Assembly: GCA_035703635.1 (NCBI GenBank)
Contig: DASSXV010000021.1
Location: forward strand, 1 to 64,000
Reading direction: 5' to 3'
Source of the DNA: Trueperaceae bacterium
GTDB taxonomy: Bacteria > Deinococcota > Deinococci > Deinococcales > Trueperaceae
DNA length: 64,000 nucleotides
Made by a program: the position numbers and the translations under genes. Every line of letters starts with the position of its first letter. Within the stretch, counting starts at the first letter, position 1. Under the pieces are notes generated by a model, which did no database searches, was not told the DNA's origin, and worked only from the letters and a program-made list of their open reading frames with translations. Shown here piece by piece: positions 29,254-40,294 of this stretch.

Positions 29254-32200
29254 TCAGAGGTCTTGCAGCGCCCTGACGGGCAGGGGGCCGGCCGCGCGCG
29301 CGCTGGCCGCGGCGGCCATGGCCTTCACCGTCCAGGTAGCAGCCTCGGCCGTCGTGACGTACGGCACGCCGTTCTCGAGCGCGCGGCGCGCCTCTGGCGT
29401 CTGGTCTACGTCGATGAGGATGTCGTAGTCCGCGTCCGCGCCGGCCGCGAGGGGGCCGCGAGCCACGGCGAAGCCCAACTCAGTAAGCAGACTTGCCTGC
29501 TCGTCTAAGCCCGTGCCGATGAGGCGGGCGGTGCCCGCCCCAGGGAGGAGCGCTCCAGCGCCAAGCGCAGCGCGGTAGTAGGCGAGGTACGGGTCTGGGT
29601 CGACGCCCATGCTCTCGCCAGTTGAGCGCATCTCTGGGCCTAGGAACGGCGCAACGCCAGCGAACTTCAGGAACGGCAGCACTACTTCCTTGACGCTGTA
29701 GTAACTCGGCCGCGGCGTGTTGACGAAACCGAGTTCCTGCAGGGTCCTGCCTGCGCTGATCAGCGCCGCCAGCTTGGCGAGTGGCACGCCGATGGCTTTG
29801 GAGAGGTAGGGGATGGTGCGGCTAGCGCGGGGGTTCGCTTCGACCACCATAACGTCGTCGCCGCGCACGACGTACTGCACGTTGATGAGCCCGATCACGC
29901 CGATGCCTTGCGCGAGCTGGACGGTGTACTCCTCGATCTTGGCGAGGGCCGCGCCCGAGAGGCTGACTGGCGGGGTGATGCAGGCGCTGTCGCCCGAGTG
30001 AATGCCCGCCAACTCCACGTGCTCCATCACGCCGGCCACGACCGTGAGTTGCCCGTCGCTGAGGGCGTCAACGTCCACTTCCGTGGCGCCGGAGATGAAC
30101 TCGTCGAGCAAGATCGAGGGGTTGTCTGGCAGTTCGGCGTACACCTCGCTGAGGTAGGAGACCAACTCGGCCTCACTGCGCACGACGCGCATCGCGCGCC
30201 CGCCAAGCACGTAACTTGGCCGCACCATGAGCGGGTAGCCGATGGTGGCTGCGAGGCCGACCGCCTCCTCCGGGTGCTGCGCGACTGCGCCGCGCGGCTG
30301 CGGCACGCCGAGACGCTGGCAGAGCGAGTGGAACGCGTGGCGGTCCTCCGCGGCGTGAATGGCCGCGGCGGGCGTGCCCCACACTGGCACCCCAGCCGTA
30401 GTCAGCGGCCCGGCGAGCTTGAGTGGCGTCTGGCCGCCTAGCTGGACGATGACGCCGTCCGGCTGCTCGTGATCGACGATGTTCGCTACGTCCTCGAAGG
30501 TGAGGGGCTCGAAGTAGAGGCGGTCTGCGGTGTCGTAGTCGGTAGACACCGTCTCCGGGTTCGAGTTGACCATGATGGTCTCGAAACCAGCGTCCTTGAG
30601 GGCCCAGACGGCGTGGACGGTCGCGTAGTCGAACTCCACGCCCTGCCCGATGCGGTTGGGGCCAGACCCAAGGATGATGACTTTCTTGTTGTCTGACGGT
30701 AGCGCCTCGTCCTCCCACTCGTAAGTTGAGTAGAGGTAGGGCGTGTACGCCTCGAACTCGGCCGCGCAAGTATCGACCGTCTTGTAGACGGGCCTGCCGT
30801 CGTGCTGGAGGCGCGCCGCGCGCACCGCGGCGGGGTCACTGTCCGTCAGGGTGGCTACTTCGCGGTCGGAGAAGCCGATGCGCTTCACTTCACGCCAGCG
30901 CTCCCACGTCCAATCGTCGATGGCGGGGCCGTCCTGCACCTCCCTCTCGACCTGGGTGACCTCTTTCAGTTGGGTGAGGAACCACGGGTCGATGCCAGTC
31001 GTCTCGTGCAATGAACGTACTGACCGGCCGCGCCGCAGCAGTTCGATGACCGCTGTGAGGCGCTTCGGGTTGCCGTGCAGGCGGGCATCCAGCTCGTCGA
31101 TGTCGAGGTCGGCGGTCTCGCTGCGGACGTCAAGCTCGAGCGAGCGCATGGCCTTGAGCAGCGACTCCTTGAAGGTGCGGCCGATGGCCATTACCTCACC
31201 AACGGAGCGCATCTGCGTGCCGAGCGTGGTCGAAGCCGTCGGGAACTTCTCGAACGCGAAGCGTGGGATCTTGGTGACGACGTAATCGATCGTTGGCTCG
31301 AACGCCGCCTTCGTCTCCTTGGTGATGTCGTTCGGGAGTTCGTCGAGGTGGTAACCGACGGCCAGCAGGGCAGCGATCTTGGCGATGGGGTAACCGGTCG
31401 CCTTGCTTGCCAGGGCAGAGGAGCGCGAGACGCGCGGGTTCATTTCGATGACGATCACGTCGCCATCGACGGGGTTGACGGCGAACTGGATGTTGGAGCC
31501 GCCGGTGTCTACGCCGATCTCGCGGATGATGGCGATGGAGTAGTCGCGCAGGCGCTGGTACTCCTTGTCGGACAGGGTCTGGGCTGGCGCGACGGTGATG
31601 CTGTCGCCAGTGTGCACGCCCATCGGATCGAAGTTCTCGATGGAGCAGATGATCACGACCGTATCGTTCTGGTCGCGCATGACTTCGAGCTCGTACTCTT
31701 TCCAACCGAGCACGGACTGCTCGACGAGGACGCTGTGTACAGGCGAGTCGTGCAGGCCCTGCTGGACTATGGAGCGGAACTGCGCCTCGTCGTATGCGAT
31801 GCCGCCGCCCGTGCCGCCGAGGGTGAAGCTCGGCCTGATGATGGCCGGGTAGCCGATGGTGCCGACGAACGCCATGGCCTCCGCCAGACTCGTGACCATC
31901 TTGCCGACCGGGGTCTTGATGCCGATCTTGGCCATGGCTTCCTGGAAGAGTTTCCGGTCCTCGCCCTTCTGGATGGCGGCGTAGTTGGCGCCGATCAACT
32001 CGACGCCGTACTCGGCAAGCACTCCTGACTCGTGCAGTTTGGATGCCAAGTTGAGGGCCGTCTGGCCGCCAAGGGTTGGCAGCAGGGCGTCTGGGCGCTC
32101 CGTCGCTATGACCTTGGTGACGAACTCGGGCGTGAGCGGCTCGATGTAGGTGCGGTCGGCCACTTCCGGGTCGGTCATGATCGTGGCCGGGTTCGAGTTG

Positions 32201-32340
32201 ACGAGCACGACCTCGTAACCGGCAGCTCGCAGCGCCTTGCAAGCCTGAGTGCCGGAGTAGTCGAACTCGGCGGCCTGGCCGATGACGATCGGGCCGGAGC
32301 CGAGGATGAGGATCTTTTGGATATCTTCGCGTCTAGGCAT
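29254..32340 (-). CDS. carB: carbamoyl-phosphate synthase large subunit
   Basis: [30 protein letters not shown]; duplicated ATP-grasp halves. Confidence 0.97.
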   Translation of the reverse strand: MPRREDIQKILILGSGPIVIGQAAEFDYSGTQACKALRAAGYEVVLVNSNPATIMTDPEVADRTYIEPLTPEFVTKVIATERPDALLPTLGGQTALNLASKLHESGVLAEYGVELIGANYAAIQKGEDRKLFQEAMAKIGIKTPVGKMVTSLAEAMAFVGTIGYPAIIRPSFTLGGTGGGIAYDEAQFRSIVQQGLHDSPVHSVLVEQSVLGWKEYELEVMRDQNDTVVIICSIENFDPMGVHTGDSITVAPAQTLSDKEYQRLRDYSIAIIREIGVDTGGSNIQFAVNPVDGDVIVIEMNPRVSRSSALASKATGYPIAKIAALLAVGYHLDELPNDITKETKAAFEPTIDYVVTKIPRFAFEKFPTASTTLGTQMRSVGEVMAIGRTFKESLLKAMRSLELDVRSETADLDIDELDARLHGNPKRLTAVIELLRRGRSVRSLHETTGIDPWFLTQLKEVTQVEREVQDGPAIDDWTWERWREVKRIGFSDREVATLTDSDPAAVRAARLQHDGRPVYKTVDTCAAEFEAYTPYLYSTYEWEDEALPSDNKKVIILGSGPNRIGQGVEFDYATVHAVWALKDAGFETIMVNSNPETVSTDYDTADRLYFEPLTFEDVANIVDHEQPDGVIVQLGGQTPLKLAGPLTTAGVPVWGTPAAAIHAAEDRHAFHSLCQRLGVPQPRGAVAQHPEEAVGLAATIGYPLMVRPSYVLGGRAMRVVRSEAELVSYLSEVYAELPDNPSILLDEFISGATEVDVDALSDGQLTVVAGVMEHVELAGIHSGDSACITPPVSLSGAALAKIEEYTVQLAQGIGVIGLINVQYVVRGDDVMVVEANPRASRTIPYLSKAIGVPLAKLAALISAGRTLQELGFVNTPRPSYYSVKEVVLPFLKFAGVAPFLGPEMRSTGESMGVDPDPYLAYYRAALGAGALLPGAGTARLIGTGLDEQASLLTELGFAVARGPLAAGADADYDILIDVDQTPEARRALENGVPYVTTAEAATWTVKAMAAAASARAAGPLPVRALQDL

Positions 32341-32486
32341 GTATGAGGGGCCTCGCAACCACCAAAGCGCGAGTGTAGCACCCCGCCCTGCGGCACCGTA
32401 CGGCCTGGCCGCCAAACCCCTAGAGCCACTAGGTGATTGCCCGGGTAGGCGATGCATGAACATGCGCGGAGGCGCAACCTTACTGC

Positions 32487-33290
32487 ATGCCGCGAGATGG
32501 AGAGGCTGGCGCTAGAGCAGCCGTACCGGAGCCACTGGAGGTGCAACTAGGGCGCGCAGGCAGGCGCGCGGCTGGAAAGCCGGGCCGCGCCGCGCGCGGC
32601 CAGCGGCTGCCCCTCGCCGCCGAACCAGCCGCCAGCGCCCCGGAGGTGCTTGCGGCAGCTGGCTTCATCGCGCTACTGCGCACCCTTGGCCCTGCCGAGG
32701 CGGCCCGGAGCGAGTTGTGCGCCGGTCGCGTCAGGCTGCTGCCGCGCCTGCGCTCCGTCCAAGCAGAGGCCGTGCTCGCCCTCAACGCGCGCCTTGGGGC
32801 CGCAGTCGAGGCGTGGGCGGCGGTCGAGCAGGGCGCTACAGGGGCAAGGGCCGTTCACCATGCCGAGGTGGTGGTAAGGCCACTAGTCCGCGTTGGACCG
32901 GACGATCTCGTTAGGCCCGAGTTGGCGCTGCTACTCGTGCGCGGCCACGAGCGTACTGGCGATGACGACGCGCCACCAGCGCCGAGCTACGTGGCCGGCG
33001 CGTTAGGCACCGCTAGCGTCGGCCCAGCGCAGGTCGCGTTGGCCGTGGAGCTGGCAACTCCGTCGGGCGGTAGGGCAGAAGAAGCCGACCGCACGGGAGC
33101 GCGCCTCGCGGCGTACGCGCGCGCAGGAGTAAGGGAAGTGTGGCTCCTGGACCTCAAGCGCGGCTGGACCGAGGCTTACCGCACCCCATGGGCCGGCGCG
33201 TTCACCTCGCGCACGCTGTGGTACCCGGGTGAGGAGGTGCCTATCCCGGCGCTAGGCGGGACCGCGGTGTTGGCGCTGGAGTTCGGCTAG
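32487..33290 (+). CDS. Uma2 (DUF820) family nuclease-like protein, divergent; start uncertain
   Basis: [28 protein letters not shown]. Confidence 0.7.
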   Translation: MPRDGEAGARAAVPEPLEVQLGRAGRRAAGKPGRAARGQRLPLAAEPAASAPEVLAAAGFIALLRTLGPAEAARSELCAGRVRLLPRLRSVQAEAVLALNARLGAAVEAWAAVEQGATGARAVHHAEVVVRPLVRVGPDDLVRPELALLLVRGHERTGDDDAPPAPSYVAGALGTASVGPAQVALAVELATPSGGRAEEADRTGARLAAYARAGVREVWLLDLKRGWTEAYRTPWAGAFTSRTLWYPGEEVPIPALGGTAVLALEFG

Positions 33291-33316
33291 GTCGCCTTGC
33301 CTGTTAGTGGCATTGG

Positions 33317-33649
33317 TCAGGGCTCCGGGTTGCGCTCGAACTCCATCACGAAGCCTTCGCCTAGCACCGTCACCTTGTCGCCAGCCACCAAGCGGTGCTT
33401 GCGGCGCGTCTCGACCTTGCCGTTCACGCGCACCTTGCCCTGCTGGATGAGGAACTTCGCATGACCGCCGGTAGACGCGATGCCGAAGAACTTCAGCGCA
33501 TCGTCTAGGCGTAGCGACGGCGCGGCCTCTGCCTGCTCTTGCTCGAGCGAGTCGTCGCTCGCCGTGTGAGCGCTCGCGACGTCGCCCTTAGAGGCGTCCC
33601 CAGTCGCAGCGTCGAGCTCTGGCTTCTTGGCGCTACTGTGATCCGGCAT
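33317..33649 (-). CDS. S4-domain RNA-binding protein (YaaA/YbcJ-like)
   Basis: LRLDDALKFFGIASTGGHAK..IQQGKVRVNGKVETRRKHRL. Confidence 0.88.
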   Translation of the reverse strand: MPDHSSAKKPELDAATGDASKGDVASAHTASDDSLEQEQAEAAPSLRLDDALKFFGIASTGGHAKFLIQQGKVRVNGKVETRRKHRLVAGDKVTVLGEGFVMEFERNPEP

Positions 33650-34521
33650 CAGCGCAACTCGACTGTCTCGGCCGCGGGGTAGCTGCCGAGGAACTTCACG
33701 AAGGCCGCGCGGCGCATCAGGTCAGTCATCGCGGCGGCCACGTTCGGGTCCTCGATGTGTCCGTCGATGTCCAGGTAGAACAAGTAACTCCACGGCTTGT
33801 CGCGCCGCGGGCGCGACTCCAACTTCGTCATGTTGATGTCGTGGCGCGGGAAGACCTCGAGGCACGTAACTAGGTCGCCTGGGCGGTGGCGCGTGGCGAG
33901 CACGAGGCTGCTCTTGAAGACCGTTCCGCCAGGGTGGGCGGCTTTCGTGCCGACCGTCCCCTTGCCATCGAAGTGCGCCAGGACGAAGAAGCGCGTGAAG
34001 TTGAACGGCAGGTCCTCGATCTTCTCGGCGAGCACGTCGAGGCCGTACTCCTCGGCGGCCCGCAGGCTGGCGATGGCGGCCTTGCCTTCGCCGCCGTTCT
34101 CCGCGAGGAGCTTGGCCGCGCCCGCGGTGTCGAAGTCCGTGACGGCCTCGAAACCGTGGCTACGGAGGTAACCGGCGCATTGCGCTAACGCCTGTGGGTG
34201 ACTATAGACGCGCTTGACTTCAGCTAGCTGCACGCCAGGGCGCACGAGCAGGTTGTGGTGTACGCGCACGATGCGCTCGCCGACCACGTTCAGATCGGAA
34301 TCCGTGAGGAGGTCGTAAGTCTGGTTGATGGAGCCGGCGATGCTGTTCTCGACCGGCAAGCACGCGAAGTCAACGGTGCCGTCGGCCGCCGCCGAGAACG
34401 CCTCCTGAAAGCTGGGAAAACCGACCGCTTGCCCTCCAGGAGCGAAGCCTAGCGCGGCTTCCTCACTGAAAGCGCCTGGAACACCTTGGTATGCGACGCG
34501 GACGGGCCGGGAATCGGTCAT
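33649..34521 (-). CDS. pheA: prephenate dehydratase
   Basis: YQGVPGAFSE, PVENS, SHPQALAQC, NFTRF, ACT domain LESRP. Confidence 0.95.
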   Translation of the reverse strand: MTDSRPVRVAYQGVPGAFSEEAALGFAPGGQAVGFPSFQEAFSAAADGTVDFACLPVENSIAGSINQTYDLLTDSDLNVVGERIVRVHHNLLVRPGVQLAEVKRVYSHPQALAQCAGYLRSHGFEAVTDFDTAGAAKLLAENGGEGKAAIASLRAAEEYGLDVLAEKIEDLPFNFTRFFVLAHFDGKGTVGTKAAHPGGTVFKSSLVLATRHRPGDLVTCLEVFPRHDINMTKLESRPRRDKPWSYLFYLDIDGHIEDPNVAAAMTDLMRRAAFVKFLGSYPAAETVELR

Positions 34522-34537
34522 GGCGAGGAGTGTAACT

Positions 34538-36265
34538 CTAAGCGCTCGCCTCTACCTCTCGGCGCAGTGCGGCCAGGCGGCCGGTGACTTCCTCCAGGTC
34601 GAGTTGCAGCTCATGTAGACGCTTCAGCTCCGTGCCGACGAAGCGAGTGTACGGGCTGATGGCGCCGGTGAGCTTCTCCTGCGAACGGTCAAGCTCGAGC
34701 GCGAACTGCTTGCCGACGCCCTCGTCGATGGCCGCCTGCAACTCCTCCATCTGCCGCCGCAGTTCCCGCTTCGCGCGTGCGCGTTGGCGCGGGAAGACGA
34801 GGAGCCCCAAGCCCATGGCCGTGAGGCCGATGGCGAGGCCAGTGATGTCAAGCGCCGCGCCCGTCATGATGGCGAGCATGGCGGCGCTAAGCCCAAGGCC
34901 GCCGACTTCGAGCAGACCAGTCTGGATGACGGCGCCCTGCAGCCTGTCAGCGAACTGCCGAGCCGCGGCCGGAGCGTCGTACTCCACAAGGGCCGTCTCG
35001 GCGCGTTCACGCAGGCCGCGCAGAAGCGCCTGACGGTCGTACTGGAAGCGCCCCCCTACCTCGCCGATGACGCGCTCCTGCTCGGCGGCGCGCTTCTCGT
35101 TCAAGTAGCTCATGACGTCTTCCCACAAGTGGATGTTGCGGCTTATGAACCAGTCGACGAGCTCACTCAAGCCAGCGTCGATCTCAGCCTCAGCGCTCTT
35201 CACGACCTTGGCCTCGAACTCTTCCTTCACCTTCTGGCTGTTCATGAGCTTAGCGATGCGGCGCCAACGGATGGTGTCGTCGAAGAACTCCTCGCCACGC
35301 TGCTCGACCTCAGACAGCACGCCCTTGAGGGAGTCGACGTACTTCTTGAGGTCGCGCTTCATCTCACTCTCGAAGTGAGCGCGTTGCCGCTCGATCTCCG
35401 CGAGGGTGGAACTGTCGTCGTTGAGGAGCTCGAGGCGATTGTGCAGGACCTCCAGGTGATGGTCAGCCGTGTGCTTCGCCACGCCGAGCGGGGTGAGTAG
35501 CTTCAGCTTGAGCCTGTCGGGACCCAGACGCTGGCGGATGGCCGCCTCGAGTTCTGGCACGCCCGTGGCGGCTAGCGCCGCTTCGTTGCCCGCTTGGCGC
35601 GCCTGGAACGCCGCCCGTGCGCTTACCCCGAAGACTTCGGGGGTGGAGCCGAGCGTTTCGCGCGCATGTTGCGCCACGAACTCGAGCACCGTCTCACGCT
35701 CAGCCGCGCTGGCCAGGATGTCTATCTTGTTGACGACCATCAGGACCTTCTTGCCCCACGACGCGATCAGCTCGAGGAACTCGCGCTCGCTCTGCGTGAA
35801 GGGCCGGTCGGCGCTCGTGACGAACAGCACGAGGTCAGCGCGCGGCACGAAGCGCTCAGTGAGTTGCTGATGGCGCGCGACTATCGCGTTGGTGCCTGGC
35901 GTGTCGACGAACGCCACCGTGTCTAGCAACTCACTAGGGTAGGTGCGGCGCACGACGTCTTTCCCGTCGTCCTTCTCGCCCACCTCCGCGCCGTGAGTGA
36001 TCACGGTCACGCGGTCGGTCGTCGGGGTAACCCCCTCCGGCATGACGCGCTCGCCAAGCAAGGCGTTGATGAGGCTCGACTTGCCCGCGTTGAACTCGCC
36101 CGCCACCACCAACAAGAAGATGCCGTCGAGGTCGTTCACCGCGGTGCGGACGTTGGCGACTGCCTCCGGCTCGGCCTCGAGTTTCGCGAGGAGCACGAGG
36201 AGGTCAGTCACCGCTCCCCGTTCGCGGGTGACGAGATCCTTCAGAGGCGTCGGCAGGTCGAGCAT
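34538..36265 (-). CDS. bacterial dynamin-like GTPase
   Basis: G1 GEFNAGKS, PTT, G3 DTPG, G4 NKID; helical stalk and hydrophobic hairpin near C-terminus. Confidence 0.88.
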   Translation of the reverse strand: MLDLPTPLKDLVTRERGAVTDLLVLLAKLEAEPEAVANVRTAVNDLDGIFLLVVAGEFNAGKSSLINALLGERVMPEGVTPTTDRVTVITHGAEVGEKDDGKDVVRRTYPSELLDTVAFVDTPGTNAIVARHQQLTERFVPRADLVLFVTSADRPFTQSEREFLELIASWGKKVLMVVNKIDILASAAERETVLEFVAQHARETLGSTPEVFGVSARAAFQARQAGNEAALAATGVPELEAAIRQRLGPDRLKLKLLTPLGVAKHTADHHLEVLHNRLELLNDDSSTLAEIERQRAHFESEMKRDLKKYVDSLKGVLSEVEQRGEEFFDDTIRWRRIAKLMNSQKVKEEFEAKVVKSAEAEIDAGLSELVDWFISRNIHLWEDVMSYLNEKRAAEQERVIGEVGGRFQYDRQALLRGLRERAETALVEYDAPAAARQFADRLQGAVIQTGLLEVGGLGLSAAMLAIMTGAALDITGLAIGLTAMGLGLLVFPRQRARAKRELRRQMEELQAAIDEGVGKQFALELDRSQEKLTGAISPYTRFVGTELKRLHELQLDLEEVTGRLAALRREVEASA

Positions 36266-36328
36266 GGTGGCGAAGATACCACGCCGCCAACGCGCTTCCC
36301 GACCCTGAAGCGTTTGATACAGTCCCCC

Positions 36329-37840
36329 ATGTCGACCCTCCGCGAGCTACTCGAGCGCTTCAAGGTTGAGGCCGGAATACTTAGTGACCTGGCAGCGGCC
36401 GCCGACCTTCTCTCCTGGGACCAGGACACTTACATGCCAGCTGGCGCCGCCAGTGGCCGTGGTCAGCAGTTGGCGACCATTCACTCCCTGCTGCATGCGC
36501 GCATCACGGACGACCGCATGGTCGACTTGCTCGCGGAGCTCGAGGCAAGTGACCTTGACCCGCGCGGCGTAGACCGCGCCATGGTGCGCGAAGCGCGCCG
36601 CGTGGCCGACCGCGCCAAGTTCGTGCCTGCAAGGCTCGTCGAGGAGCTCGCCAAGCGCACGAGCAGCGCGCGGGTGGCGTGGAGCCAGGCGCGCTCCGAG
36701 AACCGCTTCGAGCTGTTCGCTCCCGAGCTTGCCGCCGTCTTCGAACTCAAGCGCGAGGAAGCAGACGCCGTCGGGCGCGGCGGCCCGCGCTACGACGCGC
36801 TCCTTGACGAGTTCGAGCCAGGCGCAACGGTGGCGGGTATCAAGGAGCTTTTCGATCCTCTGCGGGCCGAGCAAGTCGCGCTGCTCGAGTCGATCGCCGC
36901 CACCGGCGTTCAGCACTCCGACGCGGTCCTGAAACGCAACTACCCGGTATCGGCTCAGCGTGAGCTGTGCCGCGCAACCGCGGCTAGCTTCGGCTACGAC
37001 TTCGAGCATGGCCGCCTAGACGAGACCCTTCACCCGTTCGCCATCGCCATCGGCGCTACGGACGTGCGCATCACGACGCGTTACGACGAGAACTTCCTCA
37101 ACACCGCCCTCTTCGGCACTATGCACGAGGCCGGGCACGCCATGTACGAGCAGGGCATCGCGCCGGAGTACCGACGCACGCCCTTGGGTCACGGCGCCAG
37201 CCTCGGCGTGCACGAGTCGCAGTCGCGCTTGTGGGAGAACCTCGTCGGGAGGTCGCTGCCCTACTGGGAGGGAGCGTTCCCGGCCTTGCAGGCGGCGTTC
37301 CCTAGCCAACTCGCGGGAGTGGCGCTGCGCGACTTCTACGCCGCCGCGAACCGCGTGGAGAACAGCCTCATCCGCGTCGAGGCGGACGAGGTGAGCTACA
37401 ACCTGCACATCCTCGTGCGCTTCGAACTCGAGCTGGCACTCCTCGACGGCGACTTGGCCGTTGCCGACCTGCCTGACGCGTGGAACGGGCGCTACCGCGA
37501 TTACCTCGGGGTAACCCCGCCAACTGACGCGCTCGGGTGCCTCCAGGACATCCACTGGGCCGTCGGCCTCATCGGGTACTTCCCGACATACGCCATCGGC
37601 AACCTCGTGAGCGCCCAGCTCTTCGAGGCGGCGAAAGCGGCCACCCCGACCCTCGACGACGACATCCGCGCAGGCGACTTCTCCGGGCTGCTCGCGTGGT
37701 TACGGGAGAACGTTCAGCGCCACGGTAGCCGCTACCGACCGGCCGAGCTGCTCGTTGCCGCGACCGGCAAGGAGCTTACGGCCGCGCCTTACCTGGCCTA
37801 CTTGCGCGGTAAGTACTCTGATCTCTACGGCCTAAGGTAA
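36329..37840 (+). CDS. carboxypeptidase, M32 family
   Basis: HPF, DVRITTRY, HEAGH, HESQS, IRVEADE, GCLQDIHW, GYFPTY. Confidence 0.95.
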   Translation: MSTLRELLERFKVEAGILSDLAAAADLLSWDQDTYMPAGAASGRGQQLATIHSLLHARITDDRMVDLLAELEASDLDPRGVDRAMVREARRVADRAKFVPARLVEELAKRTSSARVAWSQARSENRFELFAPELAAVFELKREEADAVGRGGPRYDALLDEFEPGATVAGIKELFDPLRAEQVALLESIAATGVQHSDAVLKRNYPVSAQRELCRATAASFGYDFEHGRLDETLHPFAIAIGATDVRITTRYDENFLNTALFGTMHEAGHAMYEQGIAPEYRRTPLGHGASLGVHESQSRLWENLVGRSLPYWEGAFPALQAAFPSQLAGVALRDFYAAANRVENSLIRVEADEVSYNLHILVRFELELALLDGDLAVADLPDAWNGRYRDYLGVTPPTDALGCLQDIHWAVGLIGYFPTYAIGNLVSAQLFEAAKAATPTLDDDIRAGDFSGLLAWLRENVQRHGSRYRPAELLVAATGKELTAAPYLAYLRGKYSDLYGLR

Positions 37841-37937
37841 ATGTGCCCCGCCGCCCCTGACTTAGACTTGGGGGGTGAGGCGCCCGTCACCGAAGCTTCG
37901 TTGCCGTTGGTCGTGGCGCCAGAAGGAGACTGTGAGA

Positions 37938-38990
37938 ATGTACTTGCGTAGGCAAGCGCTTGCCTTGGCCGCCATCTTGCTGGCGACCCTGCCGAGCGTC
38001 GCACTGGCACAACTAGGCGAGGCGCCGCAGCGGACGCTCGACGCCCTCGTCGACTACCTGCCCGTCGCGGCGGCCGAGGGTTACGAGGTCACCAGCGGGT
38101 TTCACTTCACCATCACGGAGGCGGACGGCGTGGCCGTCGAGGTCGGGGGCGCAGGCGCGCTGAGCGACGCCAACATGCGCTTCCTCGGCGCCTTGATCGG
38201 TGCGGCTAGCGGCTACGGCGAGGGCATCGCCGGCCCCGTGTCCGATTTCTTCCGCACGCGCGCAGCCGAACTCATCGGCGCCGGTGAGGTCGGGATCGAA
38301 GTCATGGAGTACATGATGTACTTGGACGTGGAGGCGGGATCGCCCGGTACCGTCAGCATGCGCTTCGTGCCTCTTTACGTCGAGCCGCAGCGTTTCGGGG
38401 TGCCGGCGCACGTCATCGGCCCGCTTGACGCCGCCCACGTCATCCGTCTCTTCACGGACTTGCAGTGCCCGTACTGCGCGCAGTTCGACGAGTTCGGCAT
38501 GCCCATAGTCGAGGGCGACCTGCTGCCTCGCGGCGACGTGCGCTTCGAGCTCCACCACTTCCCCCTGAAGAGCATTCACGCCAACGCTGTCGTGGCAGCC
38601 GAAGCTAGCGAGTGTGTTGCGGCAGCTGCGACCGCAGCTGGCGGTCACGAGGCGGGCGAAGCGGCGTTCTGGACGTACCAGAGCGCGCTGTTCAGCGCTC
38701 AGCGGGACTGGTCCAACCTAGGCGACCCGTTGCCGCTGTTCGTTTCGTTGGCGGCCGACCTCGGACTCCCCTCCGAGGGCCTCGCGGCTTGCGTGAGGAG
38801 CGGTGAGTTCGGTGCTGCGGTCGAGGAGTCTTACCGCGTGGCGGCCCAAGACCTCCGCCTCACTGGCACACCGACGGTGTTCGTTGACGGCCTCAAGCTC
38901 GGCGATTACCGCAACCTTCAGGACTACCTAAGACTCATGCGCCTCGGCGCGGCCATCTCGCAGAGAGAGACGGAGCCGGCGCAGCGCTGA
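37938..38990 (+). CDS. exported DsbA-family thioredoxin-fold protein with N-terminal extension
   Basis: Signal peptide, FTDLQCPYC, HHFPL, GTPT. Confidence 0.85.
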   Translation: MYLRRQALALAAILLATLPSVALAQLGEAPQRTLDALVDYLPVAAAEGYEVTSGFHFTITEADGVAVEVGGAGALSDANMRFLGALIGAASGYGEGIAGPVSDFFRTRAAELIGAGEVGIEVMEYMMYLDVEAGSPGTVSMRFVPLYVEPQRFGVPAHVIGPLDAAHVIRLFTDLQCPYCAQFDEFGMPIVEGDLLPRGDVRFELHHFPLKSIHANAVVAAEASECVAAAATAAGGHEAGEAAFWTYQSALFSAQRDWSNLGDPLPLFVSLAADLGLPSEGLAACVRSGEFGAAVEESYRVAAQDLRLTGTPTVFVDGLKLGDYRNLQDYLRLMRLGAAISQRETEPAQR

Positions 38991-39128
38991 CCGAACCGCG
39001 GTTCCAGCCAGGCGCACAACGTGGGCTTCGCATGTGCGATAGTGGGCCGTAGACGCAACGCGGAGATGCGGCGAGTGGGCGGTACGAGACTGACCGCCCT
39101 GCCCCGCAGTGCACGGGAGGGGAGCTAG

Positions 39129-39839
39129 ATGACCGAAGCGAGCCAATACCCGAGTCTGGTGTGGCACCTGAAGAACACCGAGCTGTTCGAGGACCTCACG
39201 CCCGACGAGATCGAGCAGATGGCGCGCATAACGCCGTACAAGAAGTTCGCTGCCGGCGAGATCATCTACCACATGGAGGACCCGGCGGACGCCCTGTACT
39301 TCGTGCGCGACGGCATGGTGAAGATCTCCATGTACTTCCCGAACGGCAAGGAGATGATCCTGGGCCTCCTGGGCAAGTACGACATCTTCGGCGAGCTTCT
39401 CCTGTTACAGAGCGAGCGCCGCCCGAACCAAGCGGAGGCCGTTACCGACACGACCATCATCGTCATGCCGGAGATGGAGTTCCAGCGCCTCCTGCAGCAG
39501 CAGCCGCGCATAGCCATGAAGTTCATTCAGGTGATGAGCACCAGGCTTTGGCAGGCGCAACAGTGGCAAGCGGAGGTCGGGGCGTTCGATGCCCCAGGCC
39601 GCCTCGCCAACCTCCTGCTGCGCTTGGCGAACGACTTCGGGGTGCCATCCGATCGCGGCACGGTCATCGACCTCACCCTCACGCAGCAAGACCTCGCCAA
39701 GATGATCGGCGCTACTCGTGAAACGGTCAGCCACTGCCTAGCGCGCCTGCTGGAGTACGGTGCGGTGCGCCGCCGCCGCGCTCCCATAACGGTCAATCCG
39801 GAGCGCCTGCAGGCCTTTCTCGACGAAGCGAGCGCCTAA
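39129..39839 (+). CDS. Crp/Fnr family transcriptional regulator
   Basis: cNMP-binding fold (FGEL), HTH LTQQDLAKMIGATRETVS. Confidence 0.95.
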   Translation: MTEASQYPSLVWHLKNTELFEDLTPDEIEQMARITPYKKFAAGEIIYHMEDPADALYFVRDGMVKISMYFPNGKEMILGLLGKYDIFGELLLLQSERRPNQAEAVTDTTIIVMPEMEFQRLLQQQPRIAMKFIQVMSTRLWQAQQWQAEVGAFDAPGRLANLLLRLANDFGVPSDRGTVIDLTLTQQDLAKMIGATRETVSHCLARLLEYGAVRRRRAPITVNPERLQAFLDEASA

Positions 39840-39913
39840 GAGAGTACAGACGCTCCCCACGGTGGCGGTCCTCTAGTACGACCCCTCTTGCGGGCGCGTG
39901 CTAGCGTCGCCTC

Positions 39914-40231
39914 GTGACGCAGGTCAGATGTTTCCTCGTGAGCACCGATTTCGGTGACGTCGTAGTCCGCGTGAACCCCGCAGCGGGCGGGTTGGATGCC
40001 GACCTGCTCGCGCTCGAGCCGGCCACTGCCTCGAACACGTCAGCGATCTCCATGGTCACGCCTCTGCGCGCGTTCGGCGCCAAGATGGTGGACCTGATCG
40101 AGATGCAGGGGCTAGCCGACGTCGACGTGAGCCCGGCGCTGCGTGAACTCCTGGTGCGCGAGAAGGCCACGCAGGAACTGAAGCGCATCGAACGGTACGC
40201 CCGGGAGCGGGGCGCCGCCGGTCCAGCGTGA
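39914..40231 (+). CDS. hypothetical protein
   Basis: 105-aa ORF filling the gap; TAGCGT 6 nt before GTG. Confidence 0.65.
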   Translation: MTQVRCFLVSTDFGDVVVRVNPAAGGLDADLLALEPATASNTSAISMVTPLRAFGAKMVDLIEMQGLADVDVSPALRELLVREKATQELKRIERYARERGAAGPA

Positions 40232-40294
40232 AGCGCGGGGCGTTCGCGCCTCACGCGGCCTAGGATTTAGCAGTCGGCGCTTGAAGGGACGCGA

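Noticed and set aside
29254-29560. Truncated carB (short C-terminal allosteric domain)
   Set aside because: The ORF is uninterrupted and ends at a terminator; as I recall, a reduced C-terminal domain is normal for Thermus/Deinococcus CarB.
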